A stretch of DNA of 32,818 nt from Candidatus Calescibacterium sp. (GTDB lineage Bacteria > Calescibacteriota > Calescibacteriia > Calescibacteriales > Calescibacteriaceae), in NCBI GenBank assembly GCA_032249135.1, contig JAVVGL010000022.1, positions 1 to 32,818 on the forward strand, in the 5' to 3' direction. The position numbers and the translations under genes are program-made. The notes below the pieces were generated by a model. That model did not search any database. It saw only the letters and a list, made by a program, of their open reading frames with translations, and was not told the DNA's origin. Below, piece by piece: positions 16,735-25,607 of this stretch; position 1 is the first letter of the stretch; each line of letters opens with the position of its first letter.

Positions 16735-18306
16735 ATGTTCGATATTATACAAATTCTGATACAGAGCTTGTTCGGTTCAAATTCAAATAATCTGTTCCAG
16801 AACATCCAAACTCAGAATGGAGAAGATTTCGAGAAAATTTTAGTTGATGTTCTGAAAGATATTCTCAAGCAGAACCAAAGCAACTCTCAGCTTGAGGAAG
16901 TCTTAAGGAAGATAGTAAATCAAAACCAAAACAATGGCAAAATTTTAATTGATCCTGATGATTTAAAAAAGCTTATATCTTATCTGCAAGATAAAAACTT
17001 ATCTTTTATAGGCAGGGCAGAAGATCAAGAGTGGGATGATAACAAGAAAGAAAACAAAAGAGAAAGTAAAGGTAATAGTGAAATTCTTCTGGCAAATTTG
17101 AGCTATGCCGTTGTGAATCAGGCTAATCAACCAAATGTGAATCAGGCTAATCAACCAAACTTGGAATTCCCTGATTTGCAAAATGCTGAGGAAAATTTTT
17201 TACCTGATTCAAACTCAAATCGGAACACCTCTGATATGGTTCAAAAATTAGAAAAATCTTTTGACCAGAATCCACAAAATGTCCAGAATCCACAAAATGT
17301 TGAGAATATATCCCAGAGGAAAGAGAATTTATCTCAAATAGGGGATATATCACAGAGGAAGGAGGAGTTATCTCAGATAGGGGATGTATCCCAGAGGAAA
17401 GAGGACTTATCTCAGATAGCTAATGTATCGCGGAGGAAGGGGAACTTATATCAAACGGCTGATTTATCCCAGAGGAAAGAGAATTTATCTCAAATAGGGG
17501 ATATATCACAGAGGAAGGAGGAGTTATCTCAGATAGGGGATGTATCCCAGAGGAAAGAGGACTTATCTCAGATAGAGGATGTATTACAGACCAAATCGGC
17601 TGGTTCTACCAATGATAAGGTTATTGAATCAACCGGTTCAGAAAATATTGAAATACATCCGGAAAAGAAGCACGAAAAAAGAAGATTGGAAAATTTGATT
17701 GATGATATATTTAAAAATCAGACAAGCGAAACTGTGAAAAAATCGGATTTACAGTCACCGGATAATCTTTCAGATTTTCGGCATACTAAATCCGAACATT
17801 TTGTAAGACCAGATTTGAAGTTTGAAAATCACATAAGAGAAGTTTCATCAGATGTTGAGGTTTCCAATTCACAATCTCACATCAGTCAGAAAATAGATGA
17901 GATAAAGAGAGTGATTCTTGAAGCTGTCAGATTAAATGAAGGAAACTTTCAAAAGAGAGCTTATGTTGAAGCAAATATTTTTGGATCAAAAGTCATATTA
18001 GATGTTTCGGTTGACCCATTACGTAATGTGTCTATTTCTATCTCCACTCAAGATCAGGCTCTTAAAGCCGAAATATCAAAACATCAAGATGACCTCAAAA
18101 AATTCCTTCAGGATAATAACCTTAACCTCCAAGATTTGAATATAGGAGGTAGATTTGATGAGAGTATGGGGAGAGAAAATTTTGTAGGATATAACAGAAA
18201 TTTGAACTTTTACGGAGGTAATTTCGTGGAACCTAAATACGAGGAAAAAATTTCTCATGGAATGCTTTTTGCAAATGTGAAAGGTAAGATAAATTTGGTT
18301 GTTTAA
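16735..18306 (+). CDS. fliK: Flagellar hook-length control protein
   Basis: Low-complexity Q/N/S-rich N-terminal and central region, C-terminal T3S4-like domain (G.KV.LDV...V.ISI.TQ...K..I......LK..LQ..NL....LNI), immediately upstream of flgD; TTG 16717 lies inside the promoter so ATG 16735 is preferred. Confidence 0.8.
   Translation: MFDIIQILIQSLFGSNSNNLFQNIQTQNGEDFEKILVDVLKDILKQNQSNSQLEEVLRKIVNQNQNNGKILIDPDDLKKLISYLQDKNLSFIGRAEDQEWDDNKKENKRESKGNSEILLANLSYAVVNQANQPNVNQANQPNLEFPDLQNAEENFLPDSNSNRNTSDMVQKLEKSFDQNPQNVQNPQNVENISQRKENLSQIGDISQRKEELSQIGDVSQRKEDLSQIANVSRRKGNLYQTADLSQRKENLSQIGDISQRKEELSQIGDVSQRKEDLSQIEDVLQTKSAGSTNDKVIESTGSENIEIHPEKKHEKRRLENLIDDIFKNQTSETVKKSDLQSPDNLSDFRHTKSEHFVRPDLKFENHIREVSSDVEVSNSQSHISQKIDEIKRVILEAVRLNEGNFQKRAYVEANIFGSKVILDVSVDPLRNVSISISTQDQALKAEISKHQDDLKKFLQDNNLNLQDLNIGGRFDESMGRENFVGYNRNLNFYGGNFVEPKYEEKISHGMLFANVKGKINLVV
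17113..17160 (+). repeat. 24-bp tandem duplication (VNQANQPN x2) in fliK
   Basis: gtgaatcaggctaatcaaccaaa(t/c) twice. Confidence 0.9.
17266..17301 (+). repeat. 18-bp tandem duplication (QNPQNV x2) in fliK
   Basis: cagaatccacaaaatgt(c/t) twice. Confidence 0.9.
17308..17580 (+). repeat. 7 x 39-bp (13-aa) in-frame tandem array in fliK
   Basis: Consensus (I/V)SQRKE(N/E/D)LSQIGD; units 1-3 recur almost identically as units 5-7 (156-bp offset). Confidence 0.95.
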
Positions 18307-18327
18307 AAAGGAAGGAGGTAAATTGAT

Positions 18328-19008
18328 ATGCCAAATGAAATTTCAGATTTATTGAATGATTTAACAATACAAAATCAGGTACAAAGAATAGTTTCAAGAA
18401 AAAATGGAATAGGAAAAGATGATTTCTTGAAACTTCTTTTTACGCAGCTCAAATACCAAGATTTTGAGTCATCAGTTGATTACAAAGATTTGCTATCGCA
18501 ACTTTCAATTCTTGCACAAATTGAACAAGCGATGAATGTGAAGCAAGCAATAGATTCTCTCTCCTCATCCATAGCAAGAGCAAATTTCCTTTCAGCTTCA
18601 TCTCTTATAGGAAAATCAGCTTATGTTGTTGCTGATAAAATATCAGTTTCAAATAAGAAAGTTTCTTCTCTACCTGCTTTCCAGCTTGATATTCCAGCTC
18701 GTAATGTTAAAGTGAAAATATTATCACCGGGAGGAGTTCCCATAAAAACGATTGAACTCGGAAATCTTCCAGCAGGAAAACATTATGTCTCCTGGGACGG
18801 AAAAGATATGAACGGAAACATGGTGCAGGATGGCTCATATAGTTTTGAAGTTGTTGCTTATGATTCTGATGGAAACGAGTTCAAACCTCAAAAGCTTGTT
18901 TTTGGAAAAATAGAATCAGTTGAATTATATGGCACCAATGTTTTTGTGGGTTTAGGAAATACATCGTTTGAGTTTGGAAAGGTTGTTGAGGTAAGAAGTT
19001 CAGAGTAA
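18328..19008 (+). CDS. flgD: Flagellar hook capping protein
   Basis: IGKDDFLKLLFTQLKYQD, SLIGK, FlgD_ig motif WDGKDMNG..VQDGSYSF; SD AAGGAGG. Confidence 0.95.
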   Translation: MPNEISDLLNDLTIQNQVQRIVSRKNGIGKDDFLKLLFTQLKYQDFESSVDYKDLLSQLSILAQIEQAMNVKQAIDSLSSSIARANFLSASSLIGKSAYVVADKISVSNKKVSSLPAFQLDIPARNVKVKILSPGGVPIKTIELGNLPAGKHYVSWDGKDMNGNMVQDGSYSFEVVAYDSDGNEFKPQKLVFGKIESVELYGTNVFVGLGNTSFEFGKVVEVRSSE

Positions 19009-19088
19009 GAAAAGTGGGGAGGTAGCTGGAATGATAAAAGCTTTTGAAATTTTTACGAAAAAAATAAAAAGAAAGGAGGTGAAATGAT

Positions 19089-20489
19089 ATGCCAATGCCT
19101 TCTTTATTTGTAGGAAGAACGGGAATCCAGGCAAATATGCGGGCTCTCCAGGTTGTATCAGATAATGTCGCTAATGTAAATACGATCGGGTTCAAAGCGT
19201 CACGCCCGGAGTTCATAGATATTCTACCAACAGGCTTTATAGGGGAGCAGTTTGGAAGAGGGGCTATCATAGGGGAAGTCAGAATTCTCCATCTTCAAGG
19301 AACGCTTGAATTTACAGGACTTGAAACCGATATGGCAATAGATGGAGATGGTTTTTTTGTTGTAAAAGATGTCCCAAGATTCGGAATTTACTACACAAGA
19401 AACGGACAATTTGAAATAGATAAAAACGGTTTCCTTGTAAATAGGTTGGTAGATGGTAGAGAGGGACTGCGAGTTCAAGGATGGCAGGTCGTCACAGATG
19501 AAAGAACAGGAGAAATAAGAAGAGTCGGTCCTATGACAGATATAAGAATCCCGCAAGTTGATTCTCCTCCAAAGGCTACAACGCGTGTAAACTTTGGTAT
19601 CAATCTTGATTCAAGAAAAGATGTTATACCATCTCCTCCTTTGCCATTTTTTAGCCCAGATGACCCCACCACCTATCAGTTTAATACTTCTGTGACAGTT
19701 TATGATTCTCTCGGAACTCCGAGGGTTATAAATTTATTTTTCAGGAAAATCCAGGAAGCAGACCCGTTTGATCCGAATTCAAGAAATGTATGGGAAGTTC
19801 TTGCAACTGTTGAAGGAGGAACAATTAATTTCCCTCCACCTGACGCTTTCGGAAATCCTGTTTTGGGGACATTGGAATTCACAAAAGACGGAAAGCTTGC
19901 AGCAGAGAAAATAAATGGAACGCTTGATAAATCTTTGAGAATTGAAGTCACATGGCAAAATGGACAATCTGAATCTCCTCAAACTATTGAGATAAATTTT
20001 GGAACGAGTTTGGATGAGGTAAATTTTGGTCTTACTGTGCCTGAGCCGGGGGTTGAGGTCGGACTTGATGGAACGACTCAGTTTGCTTCTCCATCTTCTG
20101 TTAATTTTGTAAAGCAAGATGGTAAAGCTGTCGGTTCCCTTGTCAAGTTTACGGTTGAAGAAGATGGAACAATTATAGGATTTTATTCAAACGGAATTTC
20201 CCGCCCAATAGCTCAGCTTGCCATTGCAAAATTCACAAATAAAGACGGACTTTTGAGGGTTGGGAGAACTTTGTTTGCTGAAACTCCTCGCTCTGGTGAG
20301 CCAGCTTTTGATAAGGCAACTGTTGGGGGTAGAGGGAAAATTGTGGCAAAATCACTTGAGCATTCAAATGTTGACCTTGCGACCGAATTTATAAATATGA
20401 TAGTTTTTCAAAGGGCGTTCCAAGCTTCTTCCAGAGTAATAGCGGTTTCTGATGCCATGCTCGTTGAACTTGCTGGTCTTATAAGATAA
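19089..20489 (+). CDS. flgE: Flagellar hook protein
   Basis: VSDNVANVNTIGFK, DMAIDGDGFFVV, YTRNGQF, VYDSLG, LEHSNVDLATEFINMIVFQRAFQASSRVI; SD AAGGAGGTG. Confidence 0.96.
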   Translation: MPMPSLFVGRTGIQANMRALQVVSDNVANVNTIGFKASRPEFIDILPTGFIGEQFGRGAIIGEVRILHLQGTLEFTGLETDMAIDGDGFFVVKDVPRFGIYYTRNGQFEIDKNGFLVNRLVDGREGLRVQGWQVVTDERTGEIRRVGPMTDIRIPQVDSPPKATTRVNFGINLDSRKDVIPSPPLPFFSPDDPTTYQFNTSVTVYDSLGTPRVINLFFRKIQEADPFDPNSRNVWEVLATVEGGTINFPPPDAFGNPVLGTLEFTKDGKLAAEKINGTLDKSLRIEVTWQNGQSESPQTIEINFGTSLDEVNFGLTVPEPGVEVGLDGTTQFASPSSVNFVKQDGKAVGSLVKFTVEEDGTIIGFYSNGISRPIAQLAIAKFTNKDGLLRVGRTLFAETPRSGEPAFDKATVGGRGKIVAKSLEHSNVDLATEFINMIVFQRAFQASSRVIAVSDAMLVELAGLIR

Positions 20490-20568
20490 CATTTAAGTTT
20501 AAAGTGACACTTCAAAAAATTGAAAGTTTAAGGAAAATTCAATTGAAAAAACTTAAAATATCTTTACT

Positions 20569-22500
20569 ATGCTATCAACATCGTCGGGAAGATTGATTTT
20601 GAGGTGGGGTGAGGAAGTAAAAATAAAAAATGTCCCAGAGCTTTTCAGAGAAAGAGTAGAAAGATCTTATGGAAAACTTGCTTATAAATACAAAGACAAA
20701 ACCGGAAAATGGGTAGAGGTAACATGGGGAGAGATGAAAAAGAAAGTAGATTCTGTTGCGACCTTCTTAATAAAAGAGGGAATAAATAAAGGTGATAAAA
20801 TCGCTGTATTATCTGATACAAGACCTGAATGGGCAATATCAGATCTTGCAATCTTATCATCTGGTGCTACAACGGTGGGACTTTACCCTACTTTATCTCC
20901 GAGCCAAATTGAATTTCTTCTTAATCATTCGGATTCTGTTATGCTATTTGTTGAAAACAAAGAAAAATTAGATAAGGTAATTGAGATAAAAGATAAAATC
21001 CCCAAAATAAGAAAGATAATAGTTTTTGACCCTGAAGGATGTGAAAAGTACTTTGACTCATCCAAGTTTTTGAGTTTTTCAAAGTGTCTTTCAGTTGAAC
21101 CAGACGAGAAACTCATTCAAGAAAGAATAAATCAAATTGAAAAAGATGACATAGCTATAATGGTCTATACATCAGGAACTACAGGAGATCCAAAGGGAGC
21201 TATGATATCTCACGGGAACATAATTGCATTTCTTTCATCTTTTGATGATTTCGCTGATATGTTAGGTATAGGAGATGATGATATAAGTTATCATTTTTTA
21301 CCTATGGCGCATGTGGCAGAACATGTAGCGGGATTTTTTGGTAGAATAAATCTTGGACTTGCAGCAGCGTATGCAACAAGCATAAAGGCAGTTGTAGATG
21401 AAATAAAGGAAGTGAGACCAACTGTTTTTGGAGCAGTTCCAAGAATTTTTGAAAAGGCTTATGCGAGAATACAAGAAGAAGTTGCAAAACTTCCAGAAAG
21501 AAGACAGAAAATTTTCAGATGGGCAGAAAAAGTTGGAAGAGAATATGTGAAATATCTTAACGAGAGAAAACCCATACCTCTTTCTTTGAAAATAAAGTAT
21601 AAAATTGCTTATTCGCTTGTTCTAAAAAGAATAAAGGATGCATTTGGGGGAAGGGTAAAATATTTCATAGTTGGAGCTGCTCCAATACCGTATGAGATTC
21701 TTGAGTTCATGTGGGCTTGTAATCTCAGAATATATGAGGTATATGGTTTAACAGAAGCAACAGTCATAACTCACGCGAATACACCCTTGGAGTTCAAACT
21801 CGGAACGGTTGGGAAACCCATAAAGTGTGTTGAATGCAAAATAGCAGAAGATGGCGAAATACTCATAAGAGGTCCGATAGTTTTTAAAGGTTATTACAAA
21901 AACGAAAAAGCTACCCGAGAGGTAATAGACGAAGAAGGCTGGCTACACACGGGGGATATCGGGGAAATAGATAATGAAGGTTTTCTGAAAATAAAAGATA
22001 GGAAAAAGCACATAATAATAACTGCTGGTGGGAAAAATATAGCTCCTGCCGAAATAGAAAATAAAGTTAAAGCGCAAGACATAATAATTTCCCAGGTCCA
22101 TGTCCACGGGGATGGAAGACCTTATCTTGTTGCTTTAATTACTTTGAACTCACAAGAAGCTTTAGAATTTGCTATAAAAAATAATATTCTTGATGAGGAA
22201 GAAAAAGAGAAAGCAAAAAAAATATTGGATGAGTTAGCAGAAAAACCACTGGCAAGACCGGAAGGTTTAGATGAGCTTATGAAGAAAATATCATCTCATC
22301 CACTTATATACGAGAGAGTAAAAAGAGCAGTTGAAAACGCAAACAAAGAGTTATCACGAGTTGAAAACATAAGAAAGTTCAAAATCTTTGAGCGGGACTT
22401 TTATATAGATGAAGGAGAAATAACCCCAACGCTAAAAGTGAAACGAAGAGAAATAGAAAAAAAATTCAAACACATTTTTGATGAAATGTACAAAGAATAA
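20569..22500 (+). CDS. Long-chain fatty acid--CoA ligase (AMP-dependent synthetase)
   Basis: YTSGTTGDPKG, FLPMAH, VPRIFEK, YGLTE, GTVGKP, WLHTGDIG, DRKK, TPTLKVKR. Confidence 0.93.
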   Translation: MLSTSSGRLILRWGEEVKIKNVPELFRERVERSYGKLAYKYKDKTGKWVEVTWGEMKKKVDSVATFLIKEGINKGDKIAVLSDTRPEWAISDLAILSSGATTVGLYPTLSPSQIEFLLNHSDSVMLFVENKEKLDKVIEIKDKIPKIRKIIVFDPEGCEKYFDSSKFLSFSKCLSVEPDEKLIQERINQIEKDDIAIMVYTSGTTGDPKGAMISHGNIIAFLSSFDDFADMLGIGDDDISYHFLPMAHVAEHVAGFFGRINLGLAAAYATSIKAVVDEIKEVRPTVFGAVPRIFEKAYARIQEEVAKLPERRQKIFRWAEKVGREYVKYLNERKPIPLSLKIKYKIAYSLVLKRIKDAFGGRVKYFIVGAAPIPYEILEFMWACNLRIYEVYGLTEATVITHANTPLEFKLGTVGKPIKCVECKIAEDGEILIRGPIVFKGYYKNEKATREVIDEEGWLHTGDIGEIDNEGFLKIKDRKKHIIITAGGKNIAPAEIENKVKAQDIIISQVHVHGDGRPYLVALITLNSQEALEFAIKNNILDEEEKEKAKKILDELAEKPLARPEGLDELMKKISSHPLIYERVKRAVENANKELSRVENIRKFKIFERDFYIDEGEITPTLKVKRREIEKKFKHIFDEMYKE

Positions 22501-22518
22501 ATTTTCAATTTTTTACTT

Positions 22519-23904
22519 TTAGATTTTTGTGTATTTTAGGTCTTCAAATAAGCAATTTTCTCCTATAAATTTAGCTAACACAGTTCCAGTTGGACCGTTT
22601 CTATTTTTTGCAATTATTATTTCTGATATCCTTACTCTTTCACAACAATTAAAAGAATCCTCTTTTTCTTTTCTATCATCTTGAATGGATTTTGGGCATG
22701 GATTATAATAGTGGTCACGGTAAAGCATAATGACTATATCGGAATCTTGTTCAAGGCTTCCGGATTCTCTGAGGTCCGAAAGTTGAGGGCGCTTGTTATC
22801 ACCTCTCCTTTCTGGCTCACGAGATAGCTGCGAAAGAGCGATAACCGGAATGTCAAGTTCTTTCGCAAGGGCTTTCAGAAGACGAGATATGCTTGATATT
22901 TCTTCTTCTCTCCTCTCTACTTTCCACTCGACAAAAATCTGCTGGATATAATCTATAAATATTGCTCCAATTCCTTTTTCTTCTCTTATTCTTTTTGCAA
23001 GAGACCTTATTTGAGTTATACCATTTGCGGTGTCGTTGAAGTACATTGGTAAAGAAGAGATTTCCCTTGCGGAATTTGATAGCCTTACCCTCTCTGATTC
23101 TGATAGATCCTTTGCTATTATTCTTTTTAGAGGTATTCCGCTGTGCATGGAAAGCAAGCGCAAAAGAAGGAGTCTTATTGGCATCTCTAAAGAGAAAAAA
23201 CAAATTGGTATTCCCTCCTTTGCCATATAATATGCAATAGATAAAGCAAAACTTGTTTTCCCCATTCCAGGTCTTCCAGCTATTATCACAAAGTCTCCGG
23301 GGTGAAATCCAACGATTTTTTCGTCCAAAGAAGGAAAACATGAAGGAATAGCTTGCCTTCCCTCACTTCCTATAACCTCTTTTTGAACGAAAGAAACTAT
23401 GTCTTCAACAGAGTAAAAATCGGGATTGACAGATTCTTGAACTATTTCTGATATTTCTTTTTCAACTCGGGATACAAATTCCCATGTGTTCGGAACACCC
23501 CATGATATTTCTTCTATGAAAGTTCTCATTTTTTGAACGAGTTTGCGCAAAATCATTTTTTCTTTGAGCTTTCTTGTAAAACTTTCTAAAAAAGAAGCTG
23601 ATGGTATATAAGATGGTAAAGACAAAATAAATTCTTCTCCACCTACTCTTTCAAGTTTATCTGATATTCTCAGTTCTTCTATAACATTATCGGGAGTAAT
23701 ATCGTCGTCTCTTTTTCTCAAAGATAACATAGCAAGAAAAATCTGTCTGCAAGCCGGATCAAAAAATGCATCCTCTGGATTTTTCCCGAGTATTTGTATT
23801 ACATCTTCTATAAGATCACCTCTTAATAGAATTCCCCCAAGAACTGCTTTTTCAAGTTTCGGGTCAAAAGGAATTTCATCTGATGAAAATTTTTGGGTAG
23901 GCAT
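22519..23904 (-). CDS. dnaB: Replicative DNA helicase
   Basis: EKAVLGGIL, Walker A GRPGMGKT, FSLEM, DYIQ, LSQLSR, RPQLSDLRESGSLEQDSD, AKNRNGPTG; ATG 23904 preferred because the 23940 extension is an AT run. Confidence 0.97.
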   Translation of the reverse strand: MPTQKFSSDEIPFDPKLEKAVLGGILLRGDLIEDVIQILGKNPEDAFFDPACRQIFLAMLSLRKRDDDITPDNVIEELRISDKLERVGGEEFILSLPSYIPSASFLESFTRKLKEKMILRKLVQKMRTFIEEISWGVPNTWEFVSRVEKEISEIVQESVNPDFYSVEDIVSFVQKEVIGSEGRQAIPSCFPSLDEKIVGFHPGDFVIIAGRPGMGKTSFALSIAYYMAKEGIPICFFSLEMPIRLLLLRLLSMHSGIPLKRIIAKDLSESERVRLSNSAREISSLPMYFNDTANGITQIRSLAKRIREEKGIGAIFIDYIQQIFVEWKVERREEEISSISRLLKALAKELDIPVIALSQLSREPERRGDNKRPQLSDLRESGSLEQDSDIVIMLYRDHYYNPCPKSIQDDRKEKEDSFNCCERVRISEIIIAKNRNGPTGTVLAKFIGENCLFEDLKYTKI

Positions 23905-23978
23905 AATATAAATATATATATAAAAAATAAATTTATTCATCTTTGGTTTAGGTACAAGATAATCAGCAAAACCTTATA

Positions 23979-24797
23979 TCAATATTCCTGAAAGTAAAAG
24001 GAGAAAATTTCATCGGGAGAAATGAGGTTATATTTGAATGATTTACCAGAAATGTTAGGTACTTTTGGAACACTTATTGATATTCTTTTTCCGAGCCTTT
24101 CCATCTTCGCAACTGAATTTCCCATGACTATGTTCATAAATTCATAAATTGCATCTTTTCTCATCAGAGGTGAATCCGGCATTCCATATTCTTTTACTAA
24201 AAGTTCTCCCAATCTTTCGGGAGGAGAAAAAACAATCTTCATTTTGACATCACCGGAAATATCAACTTGGACATCAAAATTTCCAGATGGTTTATATTCC
24301 TCAAAAGAGAAATCTCCAAACTTTGTATTAATATCAACAGTTCGCAAAAGGAATTTTTTCGTAAGATCTACAACAATATTTATAAAATCTCTGTCCTTTA
24401 CACCTTCTGGGAGATAGACCATTTCTGTCATATACATTCTCTGCTCAGCTTCAAATAGTTTTAACTCCCTTTCAAGGGTTTCTCGTGTTATAAATCCTTT
24501 TGAAACAAGAATATCTCCTAAAAGCTTATGGGAACTTTTCTGAATTCTTATGAGCTGTTCAACTTGCTCTGGTGTGAGATATCCGAGCCTTACGGCTGCT
24601 TCTCCAAATCTGATTTCCTCTCTTTTTTGAAGTTTTCTTATTTCTTCAACTTGCTCAGGGGTAAGATAGCCAAGCCTTATTGCATGCTCTCCTAATTTGA
24701 GATTTGTTTTTCTTTGCTCTTCAAGGGCTTCAAAAAGTTGTTCTCTTGTGATTACTCCTCTTTCAACCAAAAAAGCTCCAAAGAACTTAACTCCCAT
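23979..24797 (-). CDS. Four MshEN/GSPII_N-like motifs fused to a CheX-family chemotaxis phosphatase domain
   Basis: Four (R/K/F/L)(L/F)G..(L/A)...G..T.EQ......Q-type repeats; C-terminal DAIYEFMNIVMGN...SVP (D-x3-E-x2-N-x3-G...P); SD AGGAGG. Confidence 0.75.
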   Translation of the reverse strand: MGVKFFGAFLVERGVITREQLFEALEEQRKTNLKLGEHAIRLGYLTPEQVEEIRKLQKREEIRFGEAAVRLGYLTPEQVEQLIRIQKSSHKLLGDILVSKGFITRETLERELKLFEAEQRMYMTEMVYLPEGVKDRDFINIVVDLTKKFLLRTVDINTKFGDFSFEEYKPSGNFDVQVDISGDVKMKIVFSPPERLGELLVKEYGMPDSPLMRKDAIYEFMNIVMGNSVAKMERLGKRISISVPKVPNISGKSFKYNLISPDEIFSFYFQEY

Positions 24798-24814
24798 CTA
24801 TTTCCCTCCTATTA

Positions 24815-25183
24815 TTATAGTTTTTCCAAAATATCTTTTATTTCTTTTTCGTTGAATGGTTTTGAAATTATAGCTTTTGCTCCGAATTTTAAGGATTCTT
24901 CTGCTTTCTCTGCTGCTCCTCCGAGTGAAGAAATCATAACAACTTTTGCGTTCTTATCCATATTCATTATAGCTCTTAAAGTCTGAAGTCCATCCATATT
25001 AGGCATGAGTATATCTAAAAAAACCACATCGGGAGCTAAATCTCTGTATTTTTTTATTCCTTCCATACCATCTTTTGCGTGTCCAACAACTTCTGCGATT
25101 CCTGTTTTCTCAACTATACTTTTTAGCTGTTCAAAGGTGAAAACGCTGTCATCTACTATAAGAACTCTTTTTTTCCCTCCCAT
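24815..25183 (-). CDS. Single-domain CheY-like response regulator
   Basis: VLIVDDS, phospho-acceptor FLDILMPNMDG, MISS, SKPF; ATG 25183 gives a normal 122-aa receiver domain. Confidence 0.9.
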   Translation of the reverse strand: MGGKKRVLIVDDSVFTFEQLKSIVEKTGIAEVVGHAKDGMEGIKKYRDLAPDVVFLDILMPNMDGLQTLRAIMNMDKNAKVVMISSLGGAAEKAEESLKFGAKAIISKPFNEKEIKDILEKL

Positions 25184-25259
25184 AGCAAAATATTTTATCT
25201 CAAAATTAATAATTTTCCCATTTTTTTTCAAGTTTTTTCAAATAAAAAATTCATAAAAT

Positions 25260-25493
25260 TTACTTTGCAGATTTTTTGTTTTCAGCCTTAAAAGATTTTA
25301 TAATATCCTCCTTTATTGCAGATTCTGCTACCTTTTCTTTTATTCTTTCCAGAAGTTCCTCTCTCACAACAGGTACACTCTTTGGAGCTTCTATGCCTAT
25401 CTTTACGCTTCTTCCCTCTATATCAATTACTTGTACGATTATATTATCTCCTATGATTATTCGCTGTCCTATTTTCCTTTTCAGAACAAGCAT
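25260..25493 (-). CDS. csrA: Carbon storage regulator (RNA-binding translational regulator)
   Basis: MLVLKRKIGQRIIIGDNI...VKIGIEAPKSVPVVREE. Confidence 0.96.
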   Translation of the reverse strand: MLVLKRKIGQRIIIGDNIIVQVIDIEGRSVKIGIEAPKSVPVVREELLERIKEKVAESAIKEDIIKSFKAENKKSAK

Positions 25494-25607
25494 AAAAATT
25501 CACAGCCTCTAAAAATAAAGTTTAAGAAAAATTCAGATAAAAATAAAAATAAAAGATGAAAAGTTATAAAATCGAAGCAACCAAATTGTTTTACCCAGTA
25601 GCATTTA

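Noticed and set aside
17308-17580. 39-bp array as a possible CRISPR
   Set aside because: No unique spacers; units are contiguous and in frame within fliK
20538-20547. Palindrome ttcaattgaa upstream of the acyl-CoA ligase as an operator
   Set aside because: Only 10 bp and AT-rich, so expected by chance; no regulator gene nearby
22853-23341. 162-aa same-strand alternate-frame ORF within dnaB
   Set aside because: No motif or initiation signal; dnaB itself is intact, so no frameshift is needed
23905-23940. (TA)n run upstream of dnaB as a phase-variable tract or replication origin
   Set aside because: Short, no DnaA boxes seen; more simply explained as a promoter region
25494-25607. Sigma28-like elements (TAAA...CGAT) upstream of csrA
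   Set aside because: Spacing does not fit TAAA-N15-GCCGATAA on the correct strand
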